Part shown: one piece after another, positions 27,788 through 41,274 of the stretch
How positions within the stretch are numbered: position 1 is the first letter of the stretch
How the letters are laid out: each line of letters opens with the position of its first letter
The notes under the pieces: generated by a model
Database searches by the model: none
Seen by the model: the letters and a program-made list of their open reading frames with translations, nothing else
Told to the model about the DNA's origin: nothing
Assembly (NCBI GenBank): GCA_964016885.1
Contig: OZ024744.1
Span: forward strand, 34,844,001-34,908,000
DNA length: 64,000 nt
Direction of reading: 5' to 3'
Source: Eledone cirrhosa
Lineage: Eukaryota
Program-made: the position numbers and the translations under genes

Positions 27788-30700
27788 TGGAATAAATGCT
27801 CTGAAATAGCGATATATATGTGAATATAGACATAGAATATTCGAAGATATTCTGTATGTTTATAATAAACATTTTGAAGACCTAATCGCTATAGAATAGA
27901 ATACGTCACGTATTACAATTAGATTCTCGATAAAAGCAAGGGAAGTAAATCTACGCGTTTCATTCTTATTAGAAATCGTCAGGACTACATATCCAGTGCT
28001 TTTATCGAGAATGACACAGCTAGAGACTTATAGAATACTTAGCTGTGTACAGGAACTGGTTTGAAAGAGCGGTTGCCGGTCCGGCAGAAATTAGAAATTG
28101 GAATAAATGCTCTGAAATAGCGATATATATGTGAATATAGACATAGAATATTCGAAGATATTCTGTATGTTTATAATAAACATTTTGAAGACCTAATCGC
28201 TATAGAATAGAATACGTCACGTATTACAATTAGATTCTCGATAAAAGCAAGGGAAGTAAATCTACGCGTTTCATTCTTATTAGAAATCGTCAGGACTACA
28301 TATCCAGTGCTTTTATCGAGAATGACACAGCTAGAGACTTATAGAATACTTAGCTGTGTACAGGAACTGGTTTGAAAGAGCGGTTGCCGGTCCGGCAGAA
28401 ATTAGAAATTGGAATAAATGCTCTGAAATAGCGATATATATGTGAATATAGACATAGAATATTCGAAGATATTCTGTATGTTTATAATAAACATTTTGAA
28501 GACCTAATCGCTATAGAATAGAATACGTCACGTATTACAATTAGATTCTCGATAAAAGCAAGGGAAGTAAATCTACGCGTTTCATTCTTATTAGAAATCG
28601 TCAGGACTACATATCCAGTGCTTTTATCGAGAATGACACAGCTAGAGACTTATAGAATACTTAGCTGTGTACAGGAACTGGTTTGAAAGAGCGGTTGCCG
28701 GTCCGGCAGAAATTAGAAATTGGAATAAATGCTCTGAAATAGCGATATATATGTGAATATAGACATAGAATATTCGAAGATATTCTGTATGTTTATAATA
28801 AACATTTTGAAGACCTAATCGCTATAGAATAGAATACGTCACGTATTACAATTAGATTCTCGATAAAAGCAAGGGAAGTAAATCTACGCGTTTCATTCTT
28901 ATTAGAAATCGTCAGGACTACATATCCAGTGCTTTTATCGAGAATGACACAGCTAGAGACTTATAGAATACTTAGCTGTGTACAGGAACTGGTTTGAAAG
29001 AGCGGTTGCCGGTCCGGCAGAAATTAGAAATTGGAATAAATGCTCTGAAATAGCGATATATATGTGAATATAGACATAGAATATTCGAAGATATTCTGTA
29101 TGTTTATAATAAACATTTTGAAGACCTAATCGCTATAGAATAGAATACGTCACGTATTACAATTAGATTCTCGATAAAAGCAAGGGAAGTAAATCTACGC
29201 GTTTCATTCTTATTAGAAATCGTCAGGACTACATATCCAGTGCTTTTATCGAGAATGACACAGCTAGAGACTTATAGAATACTTAGCTGTGTACAGGAAC
29301 TGGTTTGAAAGAGCGGTTGCCGGTCCGGCAGAAATTAGAAATTGGAATAAATGCTCTGAAATAGCGATATATATGTGAATATAGACATAGAATATTCGAA
29401 GATATTCTGTATGTTTATAATAAACATTTTGAAGACCTAATCGCTATAGAATAGAATACGTCACGTATTACAATTAGATTCTCGATAAAAGCAAGGGAAG
29501 TAAATCTACGCGTTTCATTCTTATTAGAAATCGTCAGGACTACATATCCAGTGCTTTTATCGAGAATGACACAGCTAGAGACTTATAGAATACTTAAACC
29601 AGTTCCTGTACACAGCTAAGTATTCTATAAGTCTCTAGCTGTGTCATTCTCGATAAAAGCACTGGATATGTAGTCCTGACGATTTCTAATAAGAATGAAA
29701 CGCGTAGATTTACTTCCCTTGCTTTTATCGAGAATCTAATTGTAATACGTGACGTATTCTATTCTATAGCGATTAGGTCTTCAAAATGTTTATTATAAAC
29801 ATACAGAATATCTTCGAATATTCTATGTCTATATTCACATATATATCGCTATTTCAGAGCATTTATTCCAATTTCTAATTTCTGCCGGACCGGCAACCGC
29901 TCTTTCAAACCAGTTCCTGTACACAGCTAAGTATTCTATAAGTCTCTAGCTGTGTCATTCTCGATAAAAGCACTGGATATGTAGTCCTGACGATTTCTAA
30001 TAAGAATGAAACGCGTAGATTTACTTCCCTTGCTTTTATCGAGAATCTAATTGTAATACGTGACGTATTCTATTCTATAGCGATTAGGTCTTCAAAATGT
30101 TTATTATAAACATACAGAATATCTTCGAATATTCTATGTCTATATTCACATATATATCGCTATTTCAGAGCATTTATTCCAATTTCTAATTTCTGCCGGA
30201 CCGGCAACCGCTCTTTCAAACCAGTTCCTGTACACAGCTAAGTATTCTATAAGTCTCTAGCTGTGTCATTCTCGATAAAAGCACTGGATATGTAGTCCTG
30301 ACGATTTCTAATAAGAATGAAACGCGTAGATTTACTTCCCTTGCTTTTATCGAGAATCTAATTGTAATACGTGACGTATTCTATTCTATAGCGATTAGGT
30401 CTTCAAAATGTTTATTATAAACATACAGAATATCTTCGAATATTCTATGTCTATATTCACATATATATCGCTATTTCAGAGCATTTATTCCAATTTCTAA
30501 TTTCTGCCGGACCGGCAACCGCTCTTTCAAACCAGTTCCTGTACACAGCTAAGTATTCTATAAGTCTCTAGCTGTGTCATTCTCGATAAAAGCACTGGAT
30601 ATGTAGTCCTGACGATTTCTAATAAGAATGAAACGCGTAGATTTACTTCCCTTGCTTTTATCGAGAATCTAATTGTAATACGTGACGTATTCTATTCTAT

Positions 30701-31701
30701 AGCGATTAGGTCTTCAAAATGTTTATTATAAACATACAGAATATCTTCGAATATTCTATGTCTATATTCACATATATATCGCTATTTCAGAGCATTTATT
30801 CCAATTTCTAATTTCTGCCGGACCGGCAACCGCTCTTTCAAACCAGTTCCTGTACACAGCTAAGTATTCTATAAGTCTCTAGCTGTGTCATTCTCGATAA
30901 AAGCACTGGATATGTAGTCCTGACGATTTCTAATAAGAATGAAACGCGTAGATTTACTTCCCTTGCTTTTATCGAGAATCTAATTGTAATACGTGACGTA
31001 TTCTATTCTATAGCGATTAGGTCTTCAAAATGTTTATTATAAACATACAGAATATCTTCGAATATTCTATGTCTATATTCACATATATATCGCTATTTCA
31101 GAGCATTTATTCCAATTTCTAATTTCTGCCGGACCGGCAACCGCTCTTTCAAACCAGTTCCTGTACACAGCTAAGTATTCTATAAGTCTCTAGCTGTGTC
31201 ATTCTCGATAAAAGCACTGGATATGTAGTCCTGACGATTTCTAATAAGAATGAAACGCGTAGATTTACTTCCCTTGCTTTTATCGAGAATCTAATTGTAA
31301 TACGTGACGTATTCTATTCTATAGCGATTAGGTCTTCAAAATGTTTATTATAAACATACAGAATATCTTCGAATATTCTATGTCTATATTCACATATATA
31401 TCGCTATTTCAGAGCATTTATTCCAATTTCTAATTTCTGCCGGACCGGCAACCGCTCTTTCAAACCAGTTCCTGTACACAGCTAAGTATTCTATAAGTCT
31501 CTAGCTGTGTCATTCTCGATAAAAGCACTGGATATGTAGTCCTGACGATTTCTAATAAGAATGAAACGCGTAGATTTACTTCCCTTGCTTTTATCGAGAA
31601 TCTAATTGTAATACGTGACGTATTCTATTCTATAGCGATTAGGTCTTCAAAATGTTTATTATAAACATACAGAATATCTTCGAATATTCTATGTCTATAT
31701 T

Positions 31702-31705
<4 letters not shown>
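27781..31705. repeat. palindromic tandem array of 311-bp hammerhead-containing units (retrozyme-like)
   Basis: About 5.8 units in one orientation (27781-29596) and about 6.8 inverted (29597-31705); units look identical; (TA)n flanks; 13 hammerhead motifs. Confidence 0.95.
29646..29735 (+). ncRNA. type I hammerhead ribozyme, representative of array 1 (repeats every 311 bp)
   Basis: attctcgataaaagca..gtagtc-CTGACGA-tttct aata agaat-GAAA-cgc-GTA-gatttac..tgcttttatcgagaat; ACGCGT palindrome in stem III and a 16-bp distal stem I. Confidence 0.88.
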
Positions 31706-31775
<70 letters not shown>

Positions 31776-31789
31776 AATATATATAAATA

Positions 31790-31823
<34 letters not shown>

Positions 31824-31871
31824 CGTATATATATATATGTGTACATATACATACATAGAGGTATATATATA

Positions 31872-32210
31872 TGGAGGCACATGGCTTAGTGGTTAGAGCA
31901 TTGGCCTTGCAATCGAAAGGTTGTGAGTTCAATTCTCAGACCGGGTGATGTGTTGTTTCCTTTAGCAAGACACTTTATTTCACATTGCTCCAGTTTACTC
32001 AGCTGTAGAAATGAGATGATAGGGACTGGGGACCCTATCATTCCACTGCAAAGTGGTCGTGTAGGCACCATGGAAAAAAAAGCACCCAGCACTCACTGTA
32101 AATGAGGTTGGTGTTAGGAAGAGCATCCAGCTGTAGAAATCAAGCCAGAATCAGTTCCCGTCCCACCCTTGCAAGCAGGGAAAAGCGGACGTAAAAGGAA
32201 ATGATGATGA
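31872..32210 (+). mobile_element. full-length SINE family B
   Basis: tRNA head, CORE-like segment, gttaggaagagcatccagctgtagaaa, tail ending gacgtaaaa(tga)n. Confidence 0.88.
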
Positions 32211-32273
32211 TTATATATATATATAATGTTCATATATATACGTATATATATATATACGTATATATATATATAC

Positions 32274-32304
<31 letters not shown>

Positions 32305-32307
32305 CAC

Positions 32308-32398
<91 letters not shown>

Positions 32399-32404
32399 TA
32401 TATA

Positions 32405-32784
<380 letters not shown>

Positions 32785-32790
32785 TGTTTA

Positions 32791-32833
<43 letters not shown>

Positions 32834-32838
<5 letters not shown>

Positions 32839-33563
32839 TAAAGTTAGTGCTTCATCAGTGATCTTCCAACCATCATTTGTATTTCATCGCTTTAAAGACC
32901 ATATACCTCTGGTTGGTGCGAGCAACGGCTCAAAAAAAGTCCTTGGGACACGTAAATAAAGGGGACACGAGTGTAAACAAACAAAGATGGTGAAGCAACG
33001 AAAAGTGAGGAAGAAGAAGTCAAGTCCCAAATTTCTATGAATATAAATTCGGTGAAATCGTGAACGAGAGAGAATAAAGACCATCAAACCTGGTTGGAAT
33101 GTGAGCAAGGAAGGAATTCCGTACAGGTCTAACGGGAGGAAGAAGGGATCTAGTCTGTGAATTCGGTGAACGTAAGTTCTGTGAAATCGTAGACGAGAGG
33201 GAGAAAAAAAGCGACCTGCCTGACCAAGGGTGCGAAAGAAAAGAATTACGCACAGGTCAAACGGGAAGAAGGAGGAGGAGAGGTAGTAGCAGAGAGTGAG
33301 TCAGTGAAGGGTGAGGAAGAGGCTAACAGAGAGAGTGACTGTTAGAGACGGTAAAGATACAGAGAAAGAGGAAGCAGTAAGAACGAAATAGACGGGTCAC
33401 AGCGGGGGAAAAAATATGTGTAAATATGAGAATAAACGTGCTGCGTGGTTGCTAATGGGTTACATATGAATAAAGTTAGTCCTTCATCAGTGATCTTCCA
33501 ACCATCATTGGTATTTCATCGCTTTAAAGACCATATACCTCCGGTTGGTGCGAGCAACGGCTA
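32834..33563. repeat. insert in (TA)n with about 97-bp direct terminal redundancy (period about 632 bp)
   Basis: atgaataaagttagt..gcgagcaacggct at 32834 and 33466. Confidence 0.8.
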
Positions 33564-33587
33564 AAATATATATATATATATACACAC

Positions 33588-33772
<185 letters not shown>

Positions 33773-33875
33773 CATATATATATATACATATATATATATA
33801 TACATATATATATACACATATATATATACATATATATATATATACACATATATATATATACACATATATATATAT

Positions 33876-33922
<47 letters not shown>

Positions 33923-33933
33923 TATGTATACAC

Positions 33934-33978
<45 letters not shown>

Positions 33979-33989
33979 TATGTATACAC

Positions 33990-34042
<53 letters not shown>

Positions 34043-34161
34043 TATATATACACATATATATGTATACACATATATACATATATATATACACACATATATA
34101 TATATATATATACACACATATATATATACACATATATATATATATACACATATATATATAT

Positions 34162-34232
<71 letters not shown>

Positions 34233-34365
34233 GATAAATCTACCAAGAGTTTACGGTAGTGTCCAATCCGTATGAAGAACTCAATGTAATCCGGATATCA
34301 TGGAAAGAAGAGATGCAATGAAAAATCACTTTCGGTGAAAGATAAACGGAATACAGAGTCAAGAT

Positions 34366-34773
34366 AAAATATTAAAAAAATAATGAATAAAACAATGAAA
34401 CAGTTCCTTATATTAAACAAAAAAAGTTCATTATTTAACGATCGTTTCTGGGATATATATGTGTTAGAATTGGCATGTATATTTAACAGATCTATGTACA
34501 AAATTATACAAAATTATACAAACTATCAAAATTAAATATACATACCAACTCATATATATGCCGTCTTCAGAAATAATGAAGACGGCATATATATGAGTTG
34601 GTATGTATATTTAATTATGATAGTTTGTATAATTTTGTATAATTTTGTACATAGATCTGTTAAATATACATGCCAATTCTAACACATATATATCCCAGAA
34701 ACGATCGTTAAATAATGAACTTTTTTTGTTTAATATAAGGAACTGTTTCATTGTTTTATTCATTAATTTTTTA

Positions 34774-34781
<8 letters not shown>
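34366..34781. repeat. near-perfect palindrome with about 200-bp arms
   Basis: Centre gccgtcttca gaaataa tgaagacggc at 34560-34586. Confidence 0.9.
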
Positions 34782-34823
<42 letters not shown>

Positions 34824-35111
34824 TACATATATATATACACATATATATTAAAGTGTAAACACAGATCGCTGGACTTCTTCCTTGTTGAAAATCCAAGTAT
34901 CGGCCTTCGTGGTTTACCATTCGATTAATTGGTGAAATATATTTCTTTAATGGAATATATACAGGGAAGATTAATCATATTATAAGGTATCTATTTTTGA
35001 AGTTCTATTTAACTTTATTTAGTTACCTACCTAGCTATGTGTGCTTGCACACTTGTAAAGATTATCCCCTGTGATTATTCATGTTTATATATATGTTAAT
35101 CAATTTCTAGT

Positions 35112-35153
<42 letters not shown>

Positions 35154-35159
<6 letters not shown>

Positions 35160-36038
35160 TATGAAGAGAGAAGAAACATTTAGATATAATTAGTAATAAA
35201 ATGTATCATACCTAAACTGCTCCTAGGTTCCTCGACTACGTAGTTTCGTGGCATAAACAAAAACAATACATCATAAAGATATAGAGTCCTTGCGAGGTCT
35301 GCCGACTTATCAAGAGGATACCTCATTTTACTAGCCTCAAGAACGCGTCTACACGACGTGAGAAAGAATCCCAAAAGGCGGAGGGGGAGATAGTCACGCG
35401 ATATAACGGTCGAGAAACAGAGCTAAGCCTCTTATAACCCCGAAGAAAATACCACGGAGGCGGAGGGGGTATTTATATCGAAGCCGTAGAAGAGGTGGTG
35501 AAGGAGGCGAGAAGTATGAGTAATGGCAGCTTTCCAGCAGTCACCACACTTCAAAGATTACTCAACCAGAGGGAGTTATTAACAATATATTTAGAAACAC
35601 ACAGATACATGCGGGGACACACATATACATGAATGCATCCACACCCAACCGTGAGTTAAGGGTGCCAACCTCACCGATGTTGCTCAATGAATGACTGGGA
35701 CAGACCAATCCGGTTGAACCAGACTGAACCAGTATCAGAGTTAAAAATACATTATGAAGAGAGAAGAAACATTTAGATATAATTAGTAATAAAATGTATC
35801 ATACCTAAACTGCTCCTAGATTCCTCGACTACGTAGTTTCGTGGCATAAACAAAAACAATACATCATAAAGATATAGAGTCCTTGCGAGGTCTGCCGACT
35901 TATCAAGAGGATACCTCATTTTACTAGCCTCAAGAACGCGTCTACACGACGTGAGAAAGAATCCCAAAAGGCGGAGGGGGAGATAGTCACGCGATATAAC
36001 GGTCGAGAAACAGAGCTAAGCCTCTTATAACCCCGAAG
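35154..36038. repeat. partial tandem insert in (TA)n, 1.5 units of 593 bp
   Basis: 35154-35445 is repeated at 35747-36038, giving the duplicate 64-aa ORFs. Confidence 0.85.
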
Positions 36039-36073
36039 ATATATATATATATATATATACACATATATATATC

Positions 36074-37650
36074 GTTATACTTGGGGAGGGTCATATTTGT
36101 GTAATAATATTGCCAGAATTAATAACAGAACACACTAACTGTTTGGTTAGTTTTCGCTTCTGTATCTTTTATTCTGTTAATTTAATTTATTCGGTCCTCG
36201 ATGTTGCCATTGACTGACCAACGGTCAAAAATACAGATACAATATAGACACAAACACATATATATAGTCTAACAAAGTTCTTTTGTTGCGCATCTGCAAC
36301 ATCGTCAGTGTTGCTATTATGTTTCCTCCCGTTGCATTGTATGCTTACGCCATCTTTATTTAGTCTGTTTATTTATTTATTTATTTGTTTATTTTTGTTT
36401 GTCTTCTCTGCGCATGCGGTTGCGTATAGTGTTTTGTTTGATGTGCGTTCGTGTTTGGGTGACTCTGTATTGGTTAATGTATTCTATCTTAGTTTACTAG
36501 TTTGTGTTTATATGTGTTTGTTGTTATTGTGCTTGTGTATGTATTTATTTATTTATTTATATTTCTCTTAGGTCAGTGTTGTTTGTTTGGGTGTTGTTAT
36601 TCCATTCCTTTTTACTGTTTAGCCTTGGCCTTCTAAGTTCTATTTCGCTGGCCTCTCTGATTTGACTACCGGCTGGGTCATTTCTATGTTTAGATATTAT
36701 TCTAACTTCTATGTTGTCTATGTTACCGTTGTGTTGTTGTCTGGCATGTTCGTATAGTACTGAACCGTTTTTTTCGTCCTTTTAGTCCTTTTAGTTCCCC
36801 CCCCCCCCCCCCAGTGTTGGTCTATCCTTTCACCTATGCTACGAGCTGTCTCGCCTATGTATGTTGTTGTCATGTTTATGCAATTACCCTCTGTACATCT
36901 TATGCTATAGACTACGTTTACAGTTTATCCGGGGGTTTACTCTACATATGATACATTTCCTATTAGTACAGTGGGTTTTCTTAAAAGGGTAGGTTTTGCT
37001 GATCAGGGATTTTATTGTGGTTCCTGGCTTTTCTACCACCTAAATCTTTAAGTGGGTCTTTCTCAGGGCCTTTCTACACTGGTTAGCTAATTTCCCTCCA
37101 GGGGTGGCGTCCACAAACATGACACTCTGGTATCTCTGGTTGTCGTACCATGAGGTGGCTTTCCCTATCTTATGTCTAGTCCTATCTAAGCTATTCCATG
37201 ATTTGCTCCTGTATAATGGGCAAATTCCTTTCATGTCCAGTTCTATGAGGGTCTTATACTTCTCCGTGGCTCCTTCGTATACTCTGACTCTGTCTCTTTG
37301 GTTGTAGCCAGAGAACTGCATGCGGTTGATGAAGTGTTGGATGTATCTTTCCATTTCTGTTGGGTCGCACATGTGGGACACGTTCTTCATCACAAGTACC
37401 AAGTCTGCGATCAGAATATTAAACTTAGCACTACTGGACATTGCTGAGTTTTTGAGTATCAGGTATTTGGAGGCCATGGGTTTAGCATAGTGTGAGTGGA
37501 GAATTTTGGTTCTCTCGTCTATAGTGTTAATCCAGAGTTCCGTGTCTAATACAGGTAGTTTATTGTTAGGGTGTTTGGAAGGGTAGTCGATAGTTACAGT
37601 TATACTCTGGTGTATGGAATTAGCTATCTGCTGGATGCTTTCCATTGTGC
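36074..37650 (-). mobile_element. Penelope-like element, second copy of the 25860 family (RT C-terminus to GIY-YIG, pseudo-LTR)
   Basis: LPVLDTELW..HYAKPMAS..MQFSGY..CPLYRSKSW..MFVDATPGGKLA, then a frameshifted GIY-YIG region; same pseudo-LTR gttatacttggggagggtcatatttg. Confidence 0.9.
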
Positions 37651-39700
37651 TACATTCGGACTGGATGTTGTGGTACCAACATAACTTTACATCGAAAGGG
37701 GTGGTGTGGATGGGTGGGGGTGTTAGGACGGGGGTGTATTTTTGTTAGAGGTGCCTACTGACTGTAGGTCTCGCTTTGTACATAGGCAAGGCGGATCTTC
37801 TGTATTACTGCGTAGCTCCAAAGATCTCGATCCAGTGACATTGTCTTGGAGAGGTGTAAGTGTGTGAGGTCAGAATTTATCAAGTCGTCCCAGGTTTTTC
37901 TGGGTCTGCCTACTCCGTGGCTAACGTCTATTTTTATCGCCCTGCACTTTTTTATACAGCTGTCGCCTTTCATGAGCATCACGTGACCATACCAACGTAG
38001 TCTTCTCTCGAGTAAAAAACATCTGATTCCTCTTATTCCTAATGTCTCCCTTAGTTCATTTATGCTTTGCCGTTCACATATATTACTATTACACATCCAA
38101 CGGAGCATGAAAGCTTCGTTCCTCTCCAGTCTGCGTATATCCTCTGCACACAATGCCCGAGTCTCACTGCCATGTAACATTGCTGTTCGTATGCAGGCAT
38201 CATACAGCCTGCCTTTCATTTTTAGAGAGAAAACTTTAGCGGCCAATAGTGGTGTAAGCTCTCTGAACTTTTTCCATCCCGTTCTGACTCTAGCTACTGT
38301 ATTTTCAGAGCACCCTCCACCACTGCTGATTTTGTCACCCAGATAACGGAAGGTGTCCACTATTTCTATAGAACCATCTGTGCAATGGAATGAGCTAGTC
38401 TTCTGTGGGCACTTGCTGCTACTTATTGCACCTGAGCACCGGCCACATATAAAATCTATATTCTTAGTTAGCTTACCTGTGATCCCACTACATCTTTTAT
38501 GCACCTATACTTTGCATTTGGGACATAAAATGGAGTTTGTGCCTATTCCTTTCCTACACACTGAGCATGGCCATTTCCCAGATGAGACCAGTGCCCTATT
38601 TTCCTTCCTACAAACTAGATCTTTAGTCTTAGACAGGTTAACTTTAAGGCCTTTTGATTCTAGGCCATGCTTCCATGTTTAGAATTTCTTCTCTAGTTCA
38701 GCCATTGATTCAGCTATGAGCGTTAGATCATCTGCATATAGGAGTTCCCATGGGCAGCCGGTCTTCAACTCCTCTGTTATAGCCTGAAGGGCAATAATAA
38801 ACAGTAGGGGGCCAAGGACGGAGCCCTGATGAACACCAACTTTTACTCTAAACTCTTCACCATATTCGTTGTTAATTCTAACCTTGCTGACTGTTTCTTT
38901 ATACATGGCTTGTATAGCTCTCACAAGCCATTCATCAACACCTAGTTTTCTAAGAGCCCGCCAGATAATCGAGCAGGGTGCTCTGTCAAAGGCTTTCTCC
39001 AAGTCAACAAAAGCTAAGTATAGGGGTTTACTTTTAGCTAGGTACTTCTCCTGTAGTTGTCGTACAGTGAAAAGAGCATCTGTTGTACTTTTACCTGACA
39101 CAAACCCGAACTGCATTTCATCTAGATCAATTCGCTCTCTGATTAGTTGCGCTATTACTTTTTCTGTGACCTTCATGACCTGGTCAATTAATTTAATGCC
39201 TCTATAGTTACCCCTATCTAGGGCATCTCTTTTACCCTTGTAACAGTTAATGATGATGCTGCTACGCCAGTCCTTCGGAACGGCCCCATTCTGTATGACT
39301 TGGTTTACTATCCGGGTGACCATGGTGGGTCCCACCGTTCCAGATGCTTTCAGCATTTCAGCAACTATTTCCGAAGGCCCAGCCACCTTACCCGTTTTCA
39401 TATATTTGATTGCCTTACTTATTATACTACCTTCAACTTACACTGCTGGTCCCTCTATTGGATGGATGTGGGGGAGACTGTCTTTCTCCCATTTATTCTC
39501 CTCATTTAGTAGCCTTTCGTAGTGACACTTCCAAGTTACTTTCTTACCAGCGTCAGTGATGGCAAGTACACCATCATCATTAAGGACACACTTCTCCCCC
39601 GACAATATCACGGTTTTCCTTGACACATTGCCTAACAATCTCGAACACCTCACGTTTTTGGTCCTCGCGTTGTAGAACATGCTTGAACTATATATATAGG
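37650..39700 (-). mobile_element. RTE-clade LINE relic (RT plus Cys/His-rich insertion and C-terminus)
   Basis: YKGKRDALDRGNYRGIKL, QFGFVSGKSTTDA, FVDLEKAFD, GVHQGSVL, LYADD, FRYLGD, RRLRWYGHV, GRPRKTW. Confidence 0.92.
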
Positions 39701-39748
39701 TATGATACATTTTATTACTAATTATATCTAAATGTTCCTTCTCTCTTC

Positions 39749-39834
<86 letters not shown>

Positions 39835-39944
39835 ATGCTTGAGCTATATATATACACACATATATATATACACATATATATATATAGAATATGCTTGAGC
39901 TATATATATACACACATATATATATATATATATTCATATATATG

Positions 39945-40322
39945 TCATCATCATTTTACGTCCGCTTTTCCCTGCTTGCAAGGGTGAGACGGGAACTGAC
40001 TCAGGCTTGATTTCTTCAGCTGGATGCCCTTCCTAACACCAACCTCATTTACAGTGAGTGCTGGGTGCTTTTTTTCCATATCACCTACGCGTCCAATTTA
40101 CAGTGTGGGCTGGGTACTTTTTTGCCGTGGTACCTCCACAATCACTTTGCAGTGGAATGATAGGGACCCCAGTCCTATCATCTCATTTCTACAGCTGAGT
40201 AAACTGGAAAAAGTTGAAATAAAGTGTCTTGCTCAAGGAAACAACACATCACCCGGTCTGAGAATTGAACTCACAACCTTTTGATTGCAAGGCCAATGCT
40301 GTAACCACTAAGCCATGTGTCT

Positions 40323-40325
<3 letters not shown>
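39945..40325 (-). mobile_element. full-length SINE family B with two internal 48-bp units
   Basis: Reverse match to family B with the acagtg..ctgggt..tttttt unit duplicated. Confidence 0.85.
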
Positions 40326-40391
<66 letters not shown>

Positions 40392-40401
40392 TATACATCT
40401 A

Positions 40402-40437
40402 CTTTTGAAAAGCACTAGAACTGCGAAACCGGTAAAA
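40402..40437 (+). ncRNA. minimal hammerhead-like motif with U3-A8 core
   Basis: tt-TTGAAAA-gca ctagaac tgc-GAAA-ccg-GTA-aa. Confidence 0.55.
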
Positions 40438-40769
40438 AAACAAATAAATATATTTTTCAAAAAAAATGCAACTCCAGTTGCATTTTCGATTTCATCTTTT
40501 TTCCTTATATATATATATATATATCATCATCATCATCATCATTTAATCTGTAAAAGCGTGTAAGCACGCACAGCTATGTGTGTAACTAATTAAAGTTTAA
40601 CTAGAACTTCAAAAATAGATACCTTCAATGTCTAGTTGATATGTATATAGTAATAATTTTTAATAAATATATATGTGTATATATATATATGTATATATAT
40701 ACACATATATATATATATGTGTATATATATATATGTATATATATATACGTATATATATAGAGAGTCAGT

Positions 40770-41165
40770 AGGTACGTACCTCTTAACCATATATACACCC
40801 CAATCCACTACCCCTACCCTATCCTCCCACTCCCACCAACACCACCCTCTCTCTGTAAAGTTGGTACCACAACATCCAGTCCAAATAAATGAGTTAATGA
40901 GATCGAGATCGAGAACAAAAAACAAAAAAAAAACATATAGTCCACGCTGTAATGTGGCCGTGTAGGTAACACAGTAAAAAGTTCCCAGTTCCCCGCTGTA
41001 AATGTGGTTGGTGTTATGAAGGACATCCAGCCGTAGAAAACCTGCCATATAGTCCTATATGAGCGAGACATGGTCACCTGACCTACCTTGCCTCTAGTGG
41101 GACAACTCCCGTCTAACCCATGCTTGCGTGGAAGATGGACGTTAAATGAAGATGATGATGATGAT
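40770..41165 (+). mobile_element. RTE-related 3' UTR and tail fragment
   Basis: gttggtaccacaacatccagtcc is shared with about 37655-37680; ends ggacgttaaa(tga)n. Confidence 0.6.
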
Positions 41166-41228
41166 GATATATATATATATGTATATATATAAGGTATATG
41201 TATATATATATGTATATATATGTATATA

Positions 41229-41270
<42 letters not shown>

Positions 41271-41274
<4 letters not shown>

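Noticed and set aside
27781-31705. Ordinary satellite DNA or a foldback DNA transposon
   Set aside because: Each unit has a full hammerhead fold, arm ends are unequal and there is no defined TIR or target duplication. Inflation of copy number by assembly is not excluded.
31872-31950. tRNA gene candidates (also at 18671, 45396 and 60619)
   Set aside because: A and B boxes continue into SINE bodies and no complete cloverleaf is seen; these are SINE heads.
33480-33520. Permuted hammerhead on the minus strand (GAAA..CTGATGA)
   Set aside because: No NUH triplet or stems I and II could be closed convincingly.
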